In this document: in pieces, positions 32,169 through 40,975 of the stretch | Numbering within the stretch: the stretch's first letter is position 1 | How the letters are laid out: each line of letters opens with the position of its first letter | DNA from: an uncultured Pseudomonadota bacterium | Lineage (GTDB): Bacteria > Pseudomonadota > Gammaproteobacteria > Steroidobacterales > Steroidobacteraceae | Length of the DNA: 64,000 nt | Direction of reading: 5' to 3' | NCBI GenBank assembly: GCA_963785055.1 | Contig: CAWATT010000003.1 | Coordinates: 252,157 to 316,156, forward strand | Translations under genes and position numbers: made by a program | Notes under the pieces: model-generated | The model's database searches: none | What the model was told of the DNA's origin: nothing | Seen by the model: the letters and a program-made list of their open reading frames with translations, nothing else

Positions 32169-33943
32169 GCGGCGATCGGCGGGATTTCCTCAAGGGCGCG
32201 ATGGTGGCTGCGGTGGCGGGCAGTGTTAGCCGCCGGGCTTCGGCGGGCGGCCCGCCCCAGTTCCAGGGAGCGACACGCCAGGGTCGCGATCCCGGCGAAT
32301 CCCCTACCAGGCCTCTTCCGCCCCAGTATCGCGTCGAGCGTGTCGACGGGCTGCTCATCGAGCGCGACGTGGGTGTGAAGCTGCGAGACGGCGTGACCAT
32401 CTACGTGGACATCTATCGCGCCGACGGACCGGCGGGGGAGAAGGACGTGCCGGCCATCGTCGGCTGGGGACCTTACGGCAAGCACACCTTGCCTCGCGTG
32501 TATGCTCCGGAATCGGGCGTGAATCCGGCTGGATCTCGCGGCACGCGGGCTTCGAGGCGCACCGATCCGGCCTACTGGTGCGCGCGCGGCTACGCCGTGG
32601 TGTATCCGAATCCGCGCGGCAGCGTGGCATTCCGAAGGCGACATGCAGCATGGCGGGATCACCGAGAGCCGCGACTGCTACGACCTGATCGAATGGGTCG
32701 GCACGCGACCGTGGTGCAACGGCAAGGTGGGGCTCAGCGGCGTTTCCTACCTCGCCGCGATCCAGTACCAGGTTGCGCCGCTCAGGCCGCCGCATCTGGC
32801 CGCGATCAATCCATGGGAAGGCTTCACCGACTGGTACCGCGAGTTCGCCTACCACGGCGGCATCCGCGAGACCGAGCTTCCTGCCGTGCGCGACCAACAG
32901 CATCAACTGGTCGCTGAACCGCACCGAAGACACCCTCGCCAACGTGCTGGCGCACCCGCTCTACGACGCGTACTGGGGGAGCAAGGAGAATCGATCTCGG
33001 CGGACATCGAGGTGCCGGCGTTCGTGGTCGCAAGCTGGTCCGACCAGGGGCTGCACACGCGCGGCACGCTCGACGGCTACCGGCAGATCGGTCGCAGCAG
33101 AAGTGGCTCCAGGTGCACGGCCAGAAGAAGTGGGGGCACTTCTACGATCCGCGCAACGTGCGCGCAGCTGCAGACGTTTTTCGATCACTTCCTCAAGGGC
33201 ACGGACGACACGGTGCTCGGGTGGCCGAAAGTGCGCATCGAAGTGCGCGAGCGGGCCTATGTCCAGGCCCAGCGTGCGGAGGCCGAATGGCCGCTGCAGC
33301 GGCAGCGCCTGCTGCCGCTGTATCTGGATGCCGCGTCGGCGCACGCTCGCTGCAACCAGGCCCGCAGTGGAAGCACAGCGAAAGTACCTGTCCACCGACA
33401 AGGTCGCAGGCGGCGACTTTCGACTACGTCTTCCCGGAAGACACCGAAATCACCGGCCACATGAAGCTGCGGGTGTGGGCCGAGGCCGCGAGCGACGACG
33501 ACATGGACCTGTTCGTCGCCATCCAGAAGCTCGACCGCAACGCCGAGGTGGTGGGCGTTCACTATTACGCCAGCTACGACACCGGACCGGTGGCGCTCGG
33601 CTGGCTGCGCGCCAGCCACCGTGGACTCGACGCCGCGAAGTCACGTCCCGAGCGGCCCATCCAGTCGCATCGCCTCGAGGAACGCCTCGTACCCGGGGAG
33701 GTCCTGCCGCTCGACGTCGAGATCTGGCCTTCTTCCACGTTCTTCCGCAAGGGTGAGCGGCTGCGTGTCCTCGTGAAAGGCTCGGACATCTACCCCTATC
33801 CGGATCGCGCACCCGGCCTGCCCCTGGCCTTGCACGAGGAAACCCGCAACAGCGGCGAGCACGTGATCTGGAGCGGCGGTCGATTCGACTCGCACCTTCT
33901 CGTCCCGGTGATTCCCGCAGGACCCCCGCAGCAGGCTGCCTAG
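32165..33943 (+). pseudogene. Tat-exported CocE/NonD-family (S15 X-Pro dipeptidyl-peptidase-like) hydrolase, at least 5 frame changes
   Basis: GTG at 32165 overlaps the upstream stop (GTGA). The signal is MSGDRRDFLKGAMVAAVAGS (twin-arginine). Pieces are VKLRDGVTIYVDIYRADG, GWGPYGKH, ARGYAVVYPNPRGS, CYDLIEWVGTRPWCNGKVGLSGVSYLA, SWSDQGLHTRG and KWLQVHGQKKWGHFY. The C-terminal beta-sandwich (ITGHMKLRVWAEAASDDDMDLFVAIQK...) ends at 33943. Confidence 0.8.
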
Positions 33944-34019
33944 GGAGGGCAGGCGATGCCGATCGGCGAGTTGCTGGTACAGTCTGGCACCGGTTGGTGA
34001 ACTTACAGAGGGATCTGTC

Positions 34020-34793
34020 ATGCGCATGTCTTTCAGCAAGCTCTTCGTCGTCCTTCTCTGCCTGTCCGCAGCGGGCACAGCGGCGGCCGCGCAACCGGCC
34101 AGTCCAACGCCATTCCAGCAACTCGTGCTCAAGGCCATGCAGAGCGAGACGCGCACGCCCGAAGAGCGCGCGCGCGACGTGAACCGCATGCCGGCCGAGA
34201 TCCTCGAGTTCTTCCGGATGCGCGAGGACATGCGGGTGATCGAGATACTTCCGGCCGGCGGCTGGTTCACGAAGATCCTGGCGCCGGTGCTGAAAGACAA
34301 GGGCCAGCTGTACGTCACGCACCCCGAAGGGTTTTATGCGGAGGCCTACCGGCGCATCGCAGGCCAGCCGGGGCTGGAGGGCGTCAAGGAGGTCGGCTGG
34401 GGCGCCACCGCCGCGGGCAGCGGTGGTCCGTTCGGTCCCTCCGGGCGATGGGACGTGGAGCCGGTCGACCTGGCGCTGACCTTCCGCAACTACCACAACT
34501 TCTCGCCGGCCGACCGCGCCAAGGTGAACAAGTCGACCTTCGATGCGCTGAAGTCCGGTGGCTACTACGGGATCGTGGATCACACGCGCCGGCACAACGA
34601 GCCGCAAACGCGCGAGAACGGCCGTCGTGTCGACCCGGTGCTCGTCATCAAGGAGGTCCAGGAGGCTGGCTTCGAGTTCGTCGATTTCAGCAACCTGTAC
34701 TACCGGCCGAACGACGCGCTCGAACTGGAAGTGGCCAATCCCGCGGTGAACGACCGGACGGATCGCATCGCGCTGCTGTTCCGGAAGCCGTAG
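34020..34793 (+). CDS. exported class I SAM-methyltransferase-like protein
   Basis: Intact 257 aa: signal MRMSFSKLFVVLLCLSAAGTAAAA, then DVNRMPAEILEFFRMREDMRVIEILPAGGWFTKILAPVL...ALKSGGYYGIVDH. It resembles the periplasmic methyltransferase-like family as I remember it. Confidence 0.6.
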   Translation: MRMSFSKLFVVLLCLSAAGTAAAAQPASPTPFQQLVLKAMQSETRTPEERARDVNRMPAEILEFFRMREDMRVIEILPAGGWFTKILAPVLKDKGQLYVTHPEGFYAEAYRRIAGQPGLEGVKEVGWGATAAGSGGPFGPSGRWDVEPVDLALTFRNYHNFSPADRAKVNKSTFDALKSGGYYGIVDHTRRHNEPQTRENGRRVDPVLVIKEVQEAGFEFVDFSNLYYRPNDALELEVANPAVNDRTDRIALLFRKP

Positions 34794-34824
34794 GTAACAA
34801 GCCCGTCGCTACAAGCCAGCGGCG

Positions 34825-35286
34825 TCAGCGTGGTTGTCTGCGCAAACGACTCACGACAAGCGCGACGAGGATGCCGTCGAGCAGAATGGCACCCGTGCCA
34901 AAGACGATGCGGCCGGTGAGGTCGTCGACCGGGCGGGGTGCCGACGTGCTCGAGCCGATGGAGGTGGTCGACGTGAAGCGTCTCTCTCCCGGCCCGAAGG
35001 CCACCCAGTTGGCCACCGCCGTCAGTCCGAGCAGGATCGCGATGCCGAAGAATGCCTGCGGCTTCGCGTGCCCGCTCCAGGTACTGCTGAGGACTGCCAG
35101 GCCGCCGCAGATGAAGACCATCCCGCAGGTGACGAGCACCCACCGCGGAGCGTGAACGCTGGCGGGGTCGTGGGGAATCCAGTTGCAGCCGATCCCGACA
35201 ATCAACGCGCCCATGAGCAGGAAGGGCGCCGCGAACAGGGTACCTGCCAGGCGAGTCAGGGGAGGAGACGTTGAAGCATTCGCCAT
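34825..35286 (-). CDS. hypothetical multi-TM membrane protein
   Basis: Within ORF 34825..35433, the start is MANASTSPPLTRLAGTLFAAPFLLMGALIVGIG. There are four hydrophobic segments. I recognise no family. Confidence 0.5.
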   Translation of the reverse strand: MANASTSPPLTRLAGTLFAAPFLLMGALIVGIGCNWIPHDPASVHAPRWVLVTCGMVFICGGLAVLSSTWSGHAKPQAFFGIAILLGLTAVANWVAFGPGERRFTSTTSIGSSTSAPRPVDDLTGRIVFGTGAILLDGILVALVVSRLRRQPR

Positions 35287-35380
35287 GCCGTCAGTTGACG
35301 AGAACTGCAGCTCGTTTGCAGTGACGTGGGTCGCAAGGGCTTGACCACGGTGGGGTGCAGGAACCCCGGGGTGCGCCAGG

Positions 35381-35743
35381 CTACTGCGGTGAGTCGAGTG
35401 TGAACGTCGACCGCGACGCCGCATTCGCAGCATCCCGTCGAAGTTTTTCGTGGTCCTCTTCCATGGTCCGGATCTCGTCCCGCGTCATGCAGACTTCGGC
35501 GGACCGGGCGCGCGAACCGGTGGTGCCGCGTGTCTGGCAGAAGTATTCCTCCCCATCGCGGACCACGCGCCGAAAGCCCGGGGGGGTGGGCTGTTGCTGC
35601 CCGGACACCGTGGCGGCTACAGGGGCCTGTGCGGGCAATGCGTCGGCGGGTGGCGATGCCACGGGTGCTGTCGTTGCGCAGGCGGCCAGCAGCCAGCCCA
35701 GCGCAACAGCGATCGCGGTGCCAGTCGTGCTTCGCTTGTTCAT
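35381..35743 (-). CDS. hypothetical lipoprotein
   Basis: Within ORF 35381..35971, the start is MNKRSTTGTAIAVALGWLLAACATT (lipobox LLAAC). I recognise no family. Confidence 0.5.
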   Translation of the reverse strand: MNKRSTTGTAIAVALGWLLAACATTAPVASPPADALPAQAPVAATVSGQQQPTPPGFRRVVRDGEEYFCQTRGTTGSRARSAEVCMTRDEIRTMEEDHEKLRRDAANAASRSTFTLDSPQ

Positions 35744-35841
35744 GCGAGGATGACTATACAACCTGGGCCGGGCCAGGAGGGGCCATTGATACCGGCCGCC
35801 GTTACAGACTGTTACCGGCGTCTGCGCTAGCCTCTGCGCCG

Positions 35842-36480
35842 ATGAAATCCCCGTGGATGATCCTCTGTACGCTGGCCCTCGTGGCCTTGGGCGGTCCGGC
35901 AATGGCCATCGAGGAGCCCCGTTATGAGCTGGAACAGCGCGATGGCGACATCGAGCTGCGCCGCTATGCACCCTACCTGGTTGCCGAGACCCGGGTGGGC
36001 GGTTCGTTCGACGAGGCTGGCAATGCGGCGTTCCAGCGACTGTTTCGTTACATCAGTGGCAACAACCGCGGCGAGCAGAAGATCTCCATGACCGCGCCAG
36101 TCGTGCAGCAGGACGCGAGTGGCTCGAAGATCGCGATGACCGCGCCGGTGCGCCAGGAAGGCGATGCGACAGGCGGTTTCCGGGTGGCATTCGTCGTGCC
36201 AGCCGAATTCTCGCGTGCGACGGTTCCCGAGCCCAACGACCCGCTTGTGACGATCCGGGAAGTGCCGGAGCAGCGGATGGCAGTGTTGCGGTATTCCGGG
36301 CGCTGGACCGAGAAGAACTACCGCGAGCATGAAGAGCTGCTGCGCAAGTGGATCGCCGAACGCGGGCTCGCCGCCGACGGGCCGCCCGTCTACGCGCGCT
36401 ACAACGCCCCGTTCGTACCGTGGCCCATGCGACGAAACGAGGTGCTGATACCGGTGACGGAGGCCACCCTCAATCGATGA
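35842..36480 (+). CDS. SOUL heme-binding-family protein with signal peptide
   Basis: MKSPWMILCTLALVALGGPAMAIEEPRYELEQRDGDIELRRYAPYLVAET...AFQRLFRYISGNNRGEQKISMTAPV...RYNAPFVPWPMRRNEV. Confidence 0.8.
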   Translation: MKSPWMILCTLALVALGGPAMAIEEPRYELEQRDGDIELRRYAPYLVAETRVGGSFDEAGNAAFQRLFRYISGNNRGEQKISMTAPVVQQDASGSKIAMTAPVRQEGDATGGFRVAFVVPAEFSRATVPEPNDPLVTIREVPEQRMAVLRYSGRWTEKNYREHEELLRKWIAERGLAADGPPVYARYNAPFVPWPMRRNEVLIPVTEATLNR

Positions 36481-37222
36481 GCGCGCTTTGCAGGGCCCGA
36501 TCAACGTCCGCGAGGGTGTAACGGATCCGCACCTCGCCGCCATGCGGGTGATACACGTTCCCTCGAAAGGGTGCGGCCAGGACCTTGCCGCGATCATCGA
36601 TCAGCCAGTAGCTCGGCACGCCATAGAACTGCGTCTCATCGGCAGCACGGAAGGCGCCGTGCCACTCCTCGACGGTGCCATGGCCGGGTCCTGGCTGGAG
36701 ATTTCCGGAAGGGTTCCGCATCAGCGCGAAACGGACGTCGAAATGCGGGGCAAACGGCAGGATGCCGACCTTGCGGGCTGCGAGCGTGCTGTCGACGAAG
36801 GCCTGGCGTGCGGCATGGAAGTCGGCGCTGTCATCGGCCGCGTCGAGGAAGACCCTGTCCTTGGCGCCGAGAACCTTGCTGTGATAGACCGGCGCGGCCG
36901 CGACGGCGACGAATCCCACGCCCTTGCCCTGGTACCTGCCATGCAGCGTCCGCAGGATGTGCGTGTCCTCGAAGGAATCCTGGCACCACAGATGGCCGGG
37001 CATGCCGCTGCCGAGGTCTCCACCACCAAAGATGAACAGGACATTGACGTTGCCAGGCTGCGATGCAAACAGGTCCAGCAGTGATACCGGGTTGCCCTCG
37101 GCGTCGCCCACTGTGACCGCGGCAGGAATCATGCTGCCTTCGCTGAAATGCGTTGCCGGTGCACCCAGCGCTACCGCATTCAGAAGGGCATACGAAAGCA
37201 GAGAGCAGAAGAGTCGGTGCAT
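36470..37222 (-). CDS. exported thioredoxin-fold-like protein with degenerate active site
   Basis: The start is MHRLFCSLLSYALLNAVALGAPA. NVLFIFGGGDLGSGMPGHLWCQDSFEDTHILRTLHGRYQGKGVGFVAVAA looks like a TlpA/redoxin layout, but only one Cys (WCQD) sits where CxxC is expected. Confidence 0.45.
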   Translation of the reverse strand: MHRLFCSLLSYALLNAVALGAPATHFSEGSMIPAAVTVGDAEGNPVSLLDLFASQPGNVNVLFIFGGGDLGSGMPGHLWCQDSFEDTHILRTLHGRYQGKGVGFVAVAAAPVYHSKVLGAKDRVFLDAADDSADFHAARQAFVDSTLAARKVGILPFAPHFDVRFALMRNPSGNLQPGPGHGTVEEWHGAFRAADETQFYGVPSYWLIDDRGKVLAAPFRGNVYHPHGGEVRIRYTLADVDRALQSALID

Positions 37223-37266
37223 GAAACCCCGCGTTCCAGTACAGACATTGTCGACCCGGGCAGGCA

Positions 37267-37707
37267 TCAGTCGCACGGCGCTGTCATTTCGCGGTCAACC
37301 TTGTCCATCAGTGGCTTTGGTGCCACAGACGCGACATTCGAGAACCTGCGACTGTTGCACCAGTATTCGCGCCCCATCGGCTCGGAATTGACGAGGTCCA
37401 GCCACCTGCTGGCCTCGTATCGCGCGACTGTTCCCTTCACCCACTGCGGTGACCCGATCTCGATCACGCTGATCGAGTGGTGCGCCGGGCCACGCCGGCG
37501 CAAAACATCGCGGCAAATGTCGCCGCGCGGTACGCGGTTCCTTTCAAGGTCGATGCCCACGATGCGCCAAGGAGTCTGGAGTCTCGCGCCCAGTGCCGGC
37601 ACTCTGCAACCTTCGTTTCCCGTCCTCGCTGCCGACCCAGGCCCTTGCCGGAAGACGAGATCGCCAATTCTGGACAAATCCAGGACGCAGGAGCAGTAAT
37701 GCGCCAT
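37267..37707 (-). CDS. hypothetical protein
   Basis: The 146-aa ORF shows strong GC third-position bias in this frame, whereas the opposite-strand ORF 37148..37699 shows none. GC is slightly lower (about 62%) than the surroundings. I recognise no family. The start is uncertain. Confidence 0.4.
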   Translation of the reverse strand: MAHYCSCVLDLSRIGDLVFRQGPGSAARTGNEGCRVPALGARLQTPWRIVGIDLERNRVPRGDICRDVLRRRGPAHHSISVIEIGSPQWVKGTVARYEASRWLDLVNSEPMGREYWCNSRRFSNVASVAPKPLMDKVDREMTAPCD

Positions 37708-37747
37708 GCGGGCGGCTCCATCGAAGCGGATATCTCAGGGAGGGATC

Positions 37748-39157
37748 ATGCGCAACACACTCGTCGCATCCGTCGCAGCACTCACGGCATCGTTCGCGGG
37801 CGTGTCGGGATCGGCACAACCGCCGGAGCAGCAGGTAATTCCTCCGGAAGCCCGCTACTGGATAGGGGCGACTACCGGCGGAGGCATGCTGGCCATGTCC
37901 GGCATGGCGGGCGGCGGCAGGCCGTCGATGAGTTCAATGATGCGCATGGCCTCAGGCGGAATGCCCACGGAGGGCCGGACCCTTGAGCTGAAAATCGGCA
38001 GCACGCTGGCAGCCACGGGTGATCCCGAAGCCTTCCACACCATGCCGCCAGGCGCCCAGGTCAACAAGCCCATCTACCTGCAGACGCCGGAGCCGGGTCG
38101 AAGTGGTACCTCGTCAGGCTCTTACCAGCAGCCCAAGGGCCAGATCTCCTTTTATTGGGGGTGTGGCGAGAAGGCGGGCCCGGGCCAACCGGTTGTGCTG
38201 ACGTTCGACAAGCTGCTGAGTGGCGAGAACGACCCGGAGCTGGAGGCACTGCAGGGCTCGGTCTCCGCGCGCGGTGTCCGCAAGCCAACGCCCGGCAACT
38301 CGAAGACCTATGCGGACTGGCCGCACGAAGACCGCAAGAACCGCAACAAGGGGCTGGAGGCGACGTTTCCGGTCGGCTCCACCCTCGCTGGCCCGCATGT
38401 CATCGAGGGCAACTTCACGCCGAAGATCGAGTTCACGCTTCCCGCGGACAAGTCGTTCATGGAAGCGGTGCGCTACACGGCCACGAACGTGCTGCCCTCC
38501 GGCGCTATCGCCGTGAGCTGGAGCGCCACGGCGCGCGCTACGGGCTACTCACTGGGTGTGATGGCGCCGGAGCGCGTCGGTGATGACAGCGCCAATTTCG
38601 TCATGTGGTCGTCGGCCGACCGGCCGGCGACATTCATCCAGATGGAATACCTGACGCCGGCAGAAGTGAACCGCCTCATCGGCCTGAAGGCCGTGTTGCC
38701 TGCTTCGACCACGACCTGCACGGTGCCGGCCGAAGTGGTCAAGGCCACGCGCGAGGGATCCATGCTGATGTTCTCCGCGTACGGTGACGAGGCCACGTTC
38801 ATTCATCCCGCGCGTCCCGCCGATCCCAAGGTGGCCTGGGACCAGGAGTGGTTTACCCGCGTCGGCTACAAGTCCGTACGCATGGACATGATCTCGCCAC
38901 AGGGCATCACCGATCCGATGGCCGCGATGACGGTTGGCGCTGGCGGCGGCGCGGCTGGCGGCGCTGCGCCCGAGGCCGCTCCCGAGGCCATGTCCGACGA
39001 GGAGTACTGCCGGCAACTCGACGCGCAGCAGGCGAACAAGCCCTCGGTGACCGACGCGATCCCGGGTGGCGCCCTTTTGAAGCGACTGGGCCGCAAGGCT
39101 GCGGAGGATCCGCCATCGGCATCCGACCCGCGCTGTGCGAACCTCAAGAAGGAGTAG
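37748..39157 (+). CDS. secreted hypothetical protein (about 470 aa) with Met/Gly-rich N-terminal tract
   Basis: Within the intact ORF 37706..39157, the start is MRNTLVASVAALTASFAGVSGSAQ (signal peptide). A tract GGGMLAMSGMAGGGRPSMSSMMRMASGGMP follows, then a large domain I do not recognise, then an Ala/Gly/Pro linker and a Cys-containing tail (EEYCRQLD...DPRCANLKKE). Confidence 0.6.
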   Translation: MRNTLVASVAALTASFAGVSGSAQPPEQQVIPPEARYWIGATTGGGMLAMSGMAGGGRPSMSSMMRMASGGMPTEGRTLELKIGSTLAATGDPEAFHTMPPGAQVNKPIYLQTPEPGRSGTSSGSYQQPKGQISFYWGCGEKAGPGQPVVLTFDKLLSGENDPELEALQGSVSARGVRKPTPGNSKTYADWPHEDRKNRNKGLEATFPVGSTLAGPHVIEGNFTPKIEFTLPADKSFMEAVRYTATNVLPSGAIAVSWSATARATGYSLGVMAPERVGDDSANFVMWSSADRPATFIQMEYLTPAEVNRLIGLKAVLPASTTTCTVPAEVVKATREGSMLMFSAYGDEATFIHPARPADPKVAWDQEWFTRVGYKSVRMDMISPQGITDPMAAMTVGAGGGAAGGAAPEAAPEAMSDEEYCRQLDAQQANKPSVTDAIPGGALLKRLGRKAAEDPPSASDPRCANLKKE

Positions 39158-39287
39158 TCCCGACAAGCTGCGGTCCCGGCGGCGCACGGCCCAGAGGATT
39201 ACGTCGTTATGGTGAAAGTCGCTTGCTCGATCTCCCGAATCATGTGAAACCTGTGGCGTAACGCAGACAGGGAGCGAAGCGGAGGAT

Positions 39288-40167
39288 ATGTCGGCCAGCG
39301 CTACTGCAGCAGGGCAAGGCGTGCCGTTCGGCAGGTTCAGGCGCCTGGACGTTGGCATCGCCAAGCGATTCTTCCGCGGCTACAAATTGGCCCAGTCGTG
39401 GCTTGATCCCGAGCGCAAATTCAGGATCCTCTTCTCCACCAAGCCGGACTGGGAGAAGCAGCTGATTTCTGCCTTCGCGATGACCCGGCACGAGATCGCC
39501 TTCGGGGAGATCTCTCCCGACAGCATCAGGAAACATGACCTGCTGGTCCCCCTGTCCGTGCACGCCCTCGAGCGACTGCAAGGGATGCGCGCACTGCTCA
39601 CGAGGAATCCCATTCCGATCCCGAGCATGACAAGCGTCCGGCTGTGCGACGACAAGTACCTGTTCAACCAGGCTCTGATTTCGGGCGGTTTCGGGGACTT
39701 CATCCCGCGGATGGAAGGAACCCTGCGCTATCCCTACATCCTCAAGAAGCGGCGAGGTGAGTGGAGCCAGCACGTCCATGTCATCGAGGGCACTGAGGAC
39801 GAACGCAAGCATGCGAGACGCACTGGCCAGTCCGGAGTACTTCCGCCAGGAAATCGTGCGTGGCCCGTACGAGTATGCAACCCACGTCCTGTTCAAGCAG
39901 GGAAGGATCGCCTGCTCGCTCAACATCGAGTACGCCTTCGATTCAGCAACATCCGTCAAGGGTCAGGACAGGGAAATCTACAGGAAGGTCTGCAGCTGCC
40001 CGTTTCTCGATGAGTTCACCTCGGTCCTGTCGTCGATCGGCTTCGAGGGTCTCTGCTGCATCAACTACAAGGTGAGCGCCGGCCGGCCGCTCATCCTCGA
40101 GATCAACCCGAGGTTCGGCGGAAGTCTCTGTCCGTACTTCTTCGTCTTCCTCAGAAGCTTGAACTAG
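39288..40167 (+). CDS. small ATP-grasp-fold ligase, one frame change near 39810
   Basis: The ATG at 39288 is preceded by GGAGGA. ORF 39288.. gives LCDDKYLFNQALISGGFGDFIPRMEGTLRYPYILKKRRGEWSQHVHVIEG. ORF 39757..40167 gives YFRQEIVRGPYEYATHVLFKQGRIACS...GFEGLCCINYKVSAGRPLILEINPRFGGS. GC is about 57% against about 67-70% nearby. Confidence 0.7.
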
Positions 40168-40577
40168 GCAGCCCCGACATGGTTGACCTCGACCTGCCCC
40201 TTGCCGATGCAGCCCCAGACCGCGAACCCGGCGCGAGACGGCGAGGGCCGCCAGCGGCACGACGGTATCGAAGCGAGCGCCGAGGCTGGCGATATCCAGC
40301 CGGACTGGCGAAGGCCGCGACCATCAGCGCCGCTGGGGCGAGCAGCAGCCAGGCGGCTGCTGCCCATGTCGTGCAGGCGCCGCGCATGCAGGACGATGGC
40401 GGGGAACAGCAGCACCAGCATGCACCACTGTGCGGTGCGGCCCTTCACCAGGAACACGTAGAACACCACCACCGCCAGCAGCGTGAGCAGCGCGGGCACG
40501 AACTGCCCGCGCGAAGTGCGGCCGCCGGGCCTCACGAACAGGTGAGTCGAAGATATTGTCGCCGGTCGAGGACTCAC
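40164..40577 (-). pseudogene. DUF805-family inner-membrane protein, frame changes in the C-terminal half
   Basis: The GTG start at 40577 overlaps the upstream stop (GTGA). GRTSRGQFVPALLTLLAVVVFYVF...LLFPAIVLHARRLHDMG carries the DUF805 RRLHD motif. The continuation AAWLLLAPAALMVAAFASPAGY is in ORF 40151..40387. Confidence 0.6.
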
Positions 40578-40975
40578 CGAGCGTCACGGCGCGTCGCTGC
40601 AGCGACTCCCTTGTAGTAGTCGACGTACGCCAGCATCAGCAGGCCGTTGAGGGCGAACGCAGCGAGCGCCAGGAAGGCGCCGAGGGGCTCGTCGTCCAGC
40701 ATCATCGACCAGAAGAGCGCACAGGTCGAGACCGGCATCAGCACGCAGAGCGCCGCCGGGACGAAGAATCCGGCAAGGATCAGCGCCCCCGTGACCAGCT
40801 GGATCGCCATGGCGATGTCGAACAGCCCCGAATGGACGAACGCAGACATCAGTTGGATGGCGAGCGGTTCGGTTCCGGTGGCATTGGACCAGAGCGGGAA
40901 GAAGAAGTGGTTGATGCCGTTGGCAAGCATCCAGGCGCCGAAGACCAGTCGACCGGCCAGGACGAGCGGCTTCAT
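40574..40975 (-). CDS. 4-TM membrane protein, DoxX-like (tandem paralog B)
   Basis: MKPLVLAGRLVFGAWMLANGINHFFFPLWSNATGTEPLAIQLMSAFVHSGLFDIAMAIQLVTGALILAGFFVPAALCVLMPVS. Its ATG overlaps the stop of paralog A (ATGA). The family assignment is tentative. Confidence 0.55.
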   Translation of the reverse strand: MKPLVLAGRLVFGAWMLANGINHFFFPLWSNATGTEPLAIQLMSAFVHSGLFDIAMAIQLVTGALILAGFFVPAALCVLMPVSTCALFWSMMLDDEPLGAFLALAAFALNGLLMLAYVDYYKGVAAATRRDAR

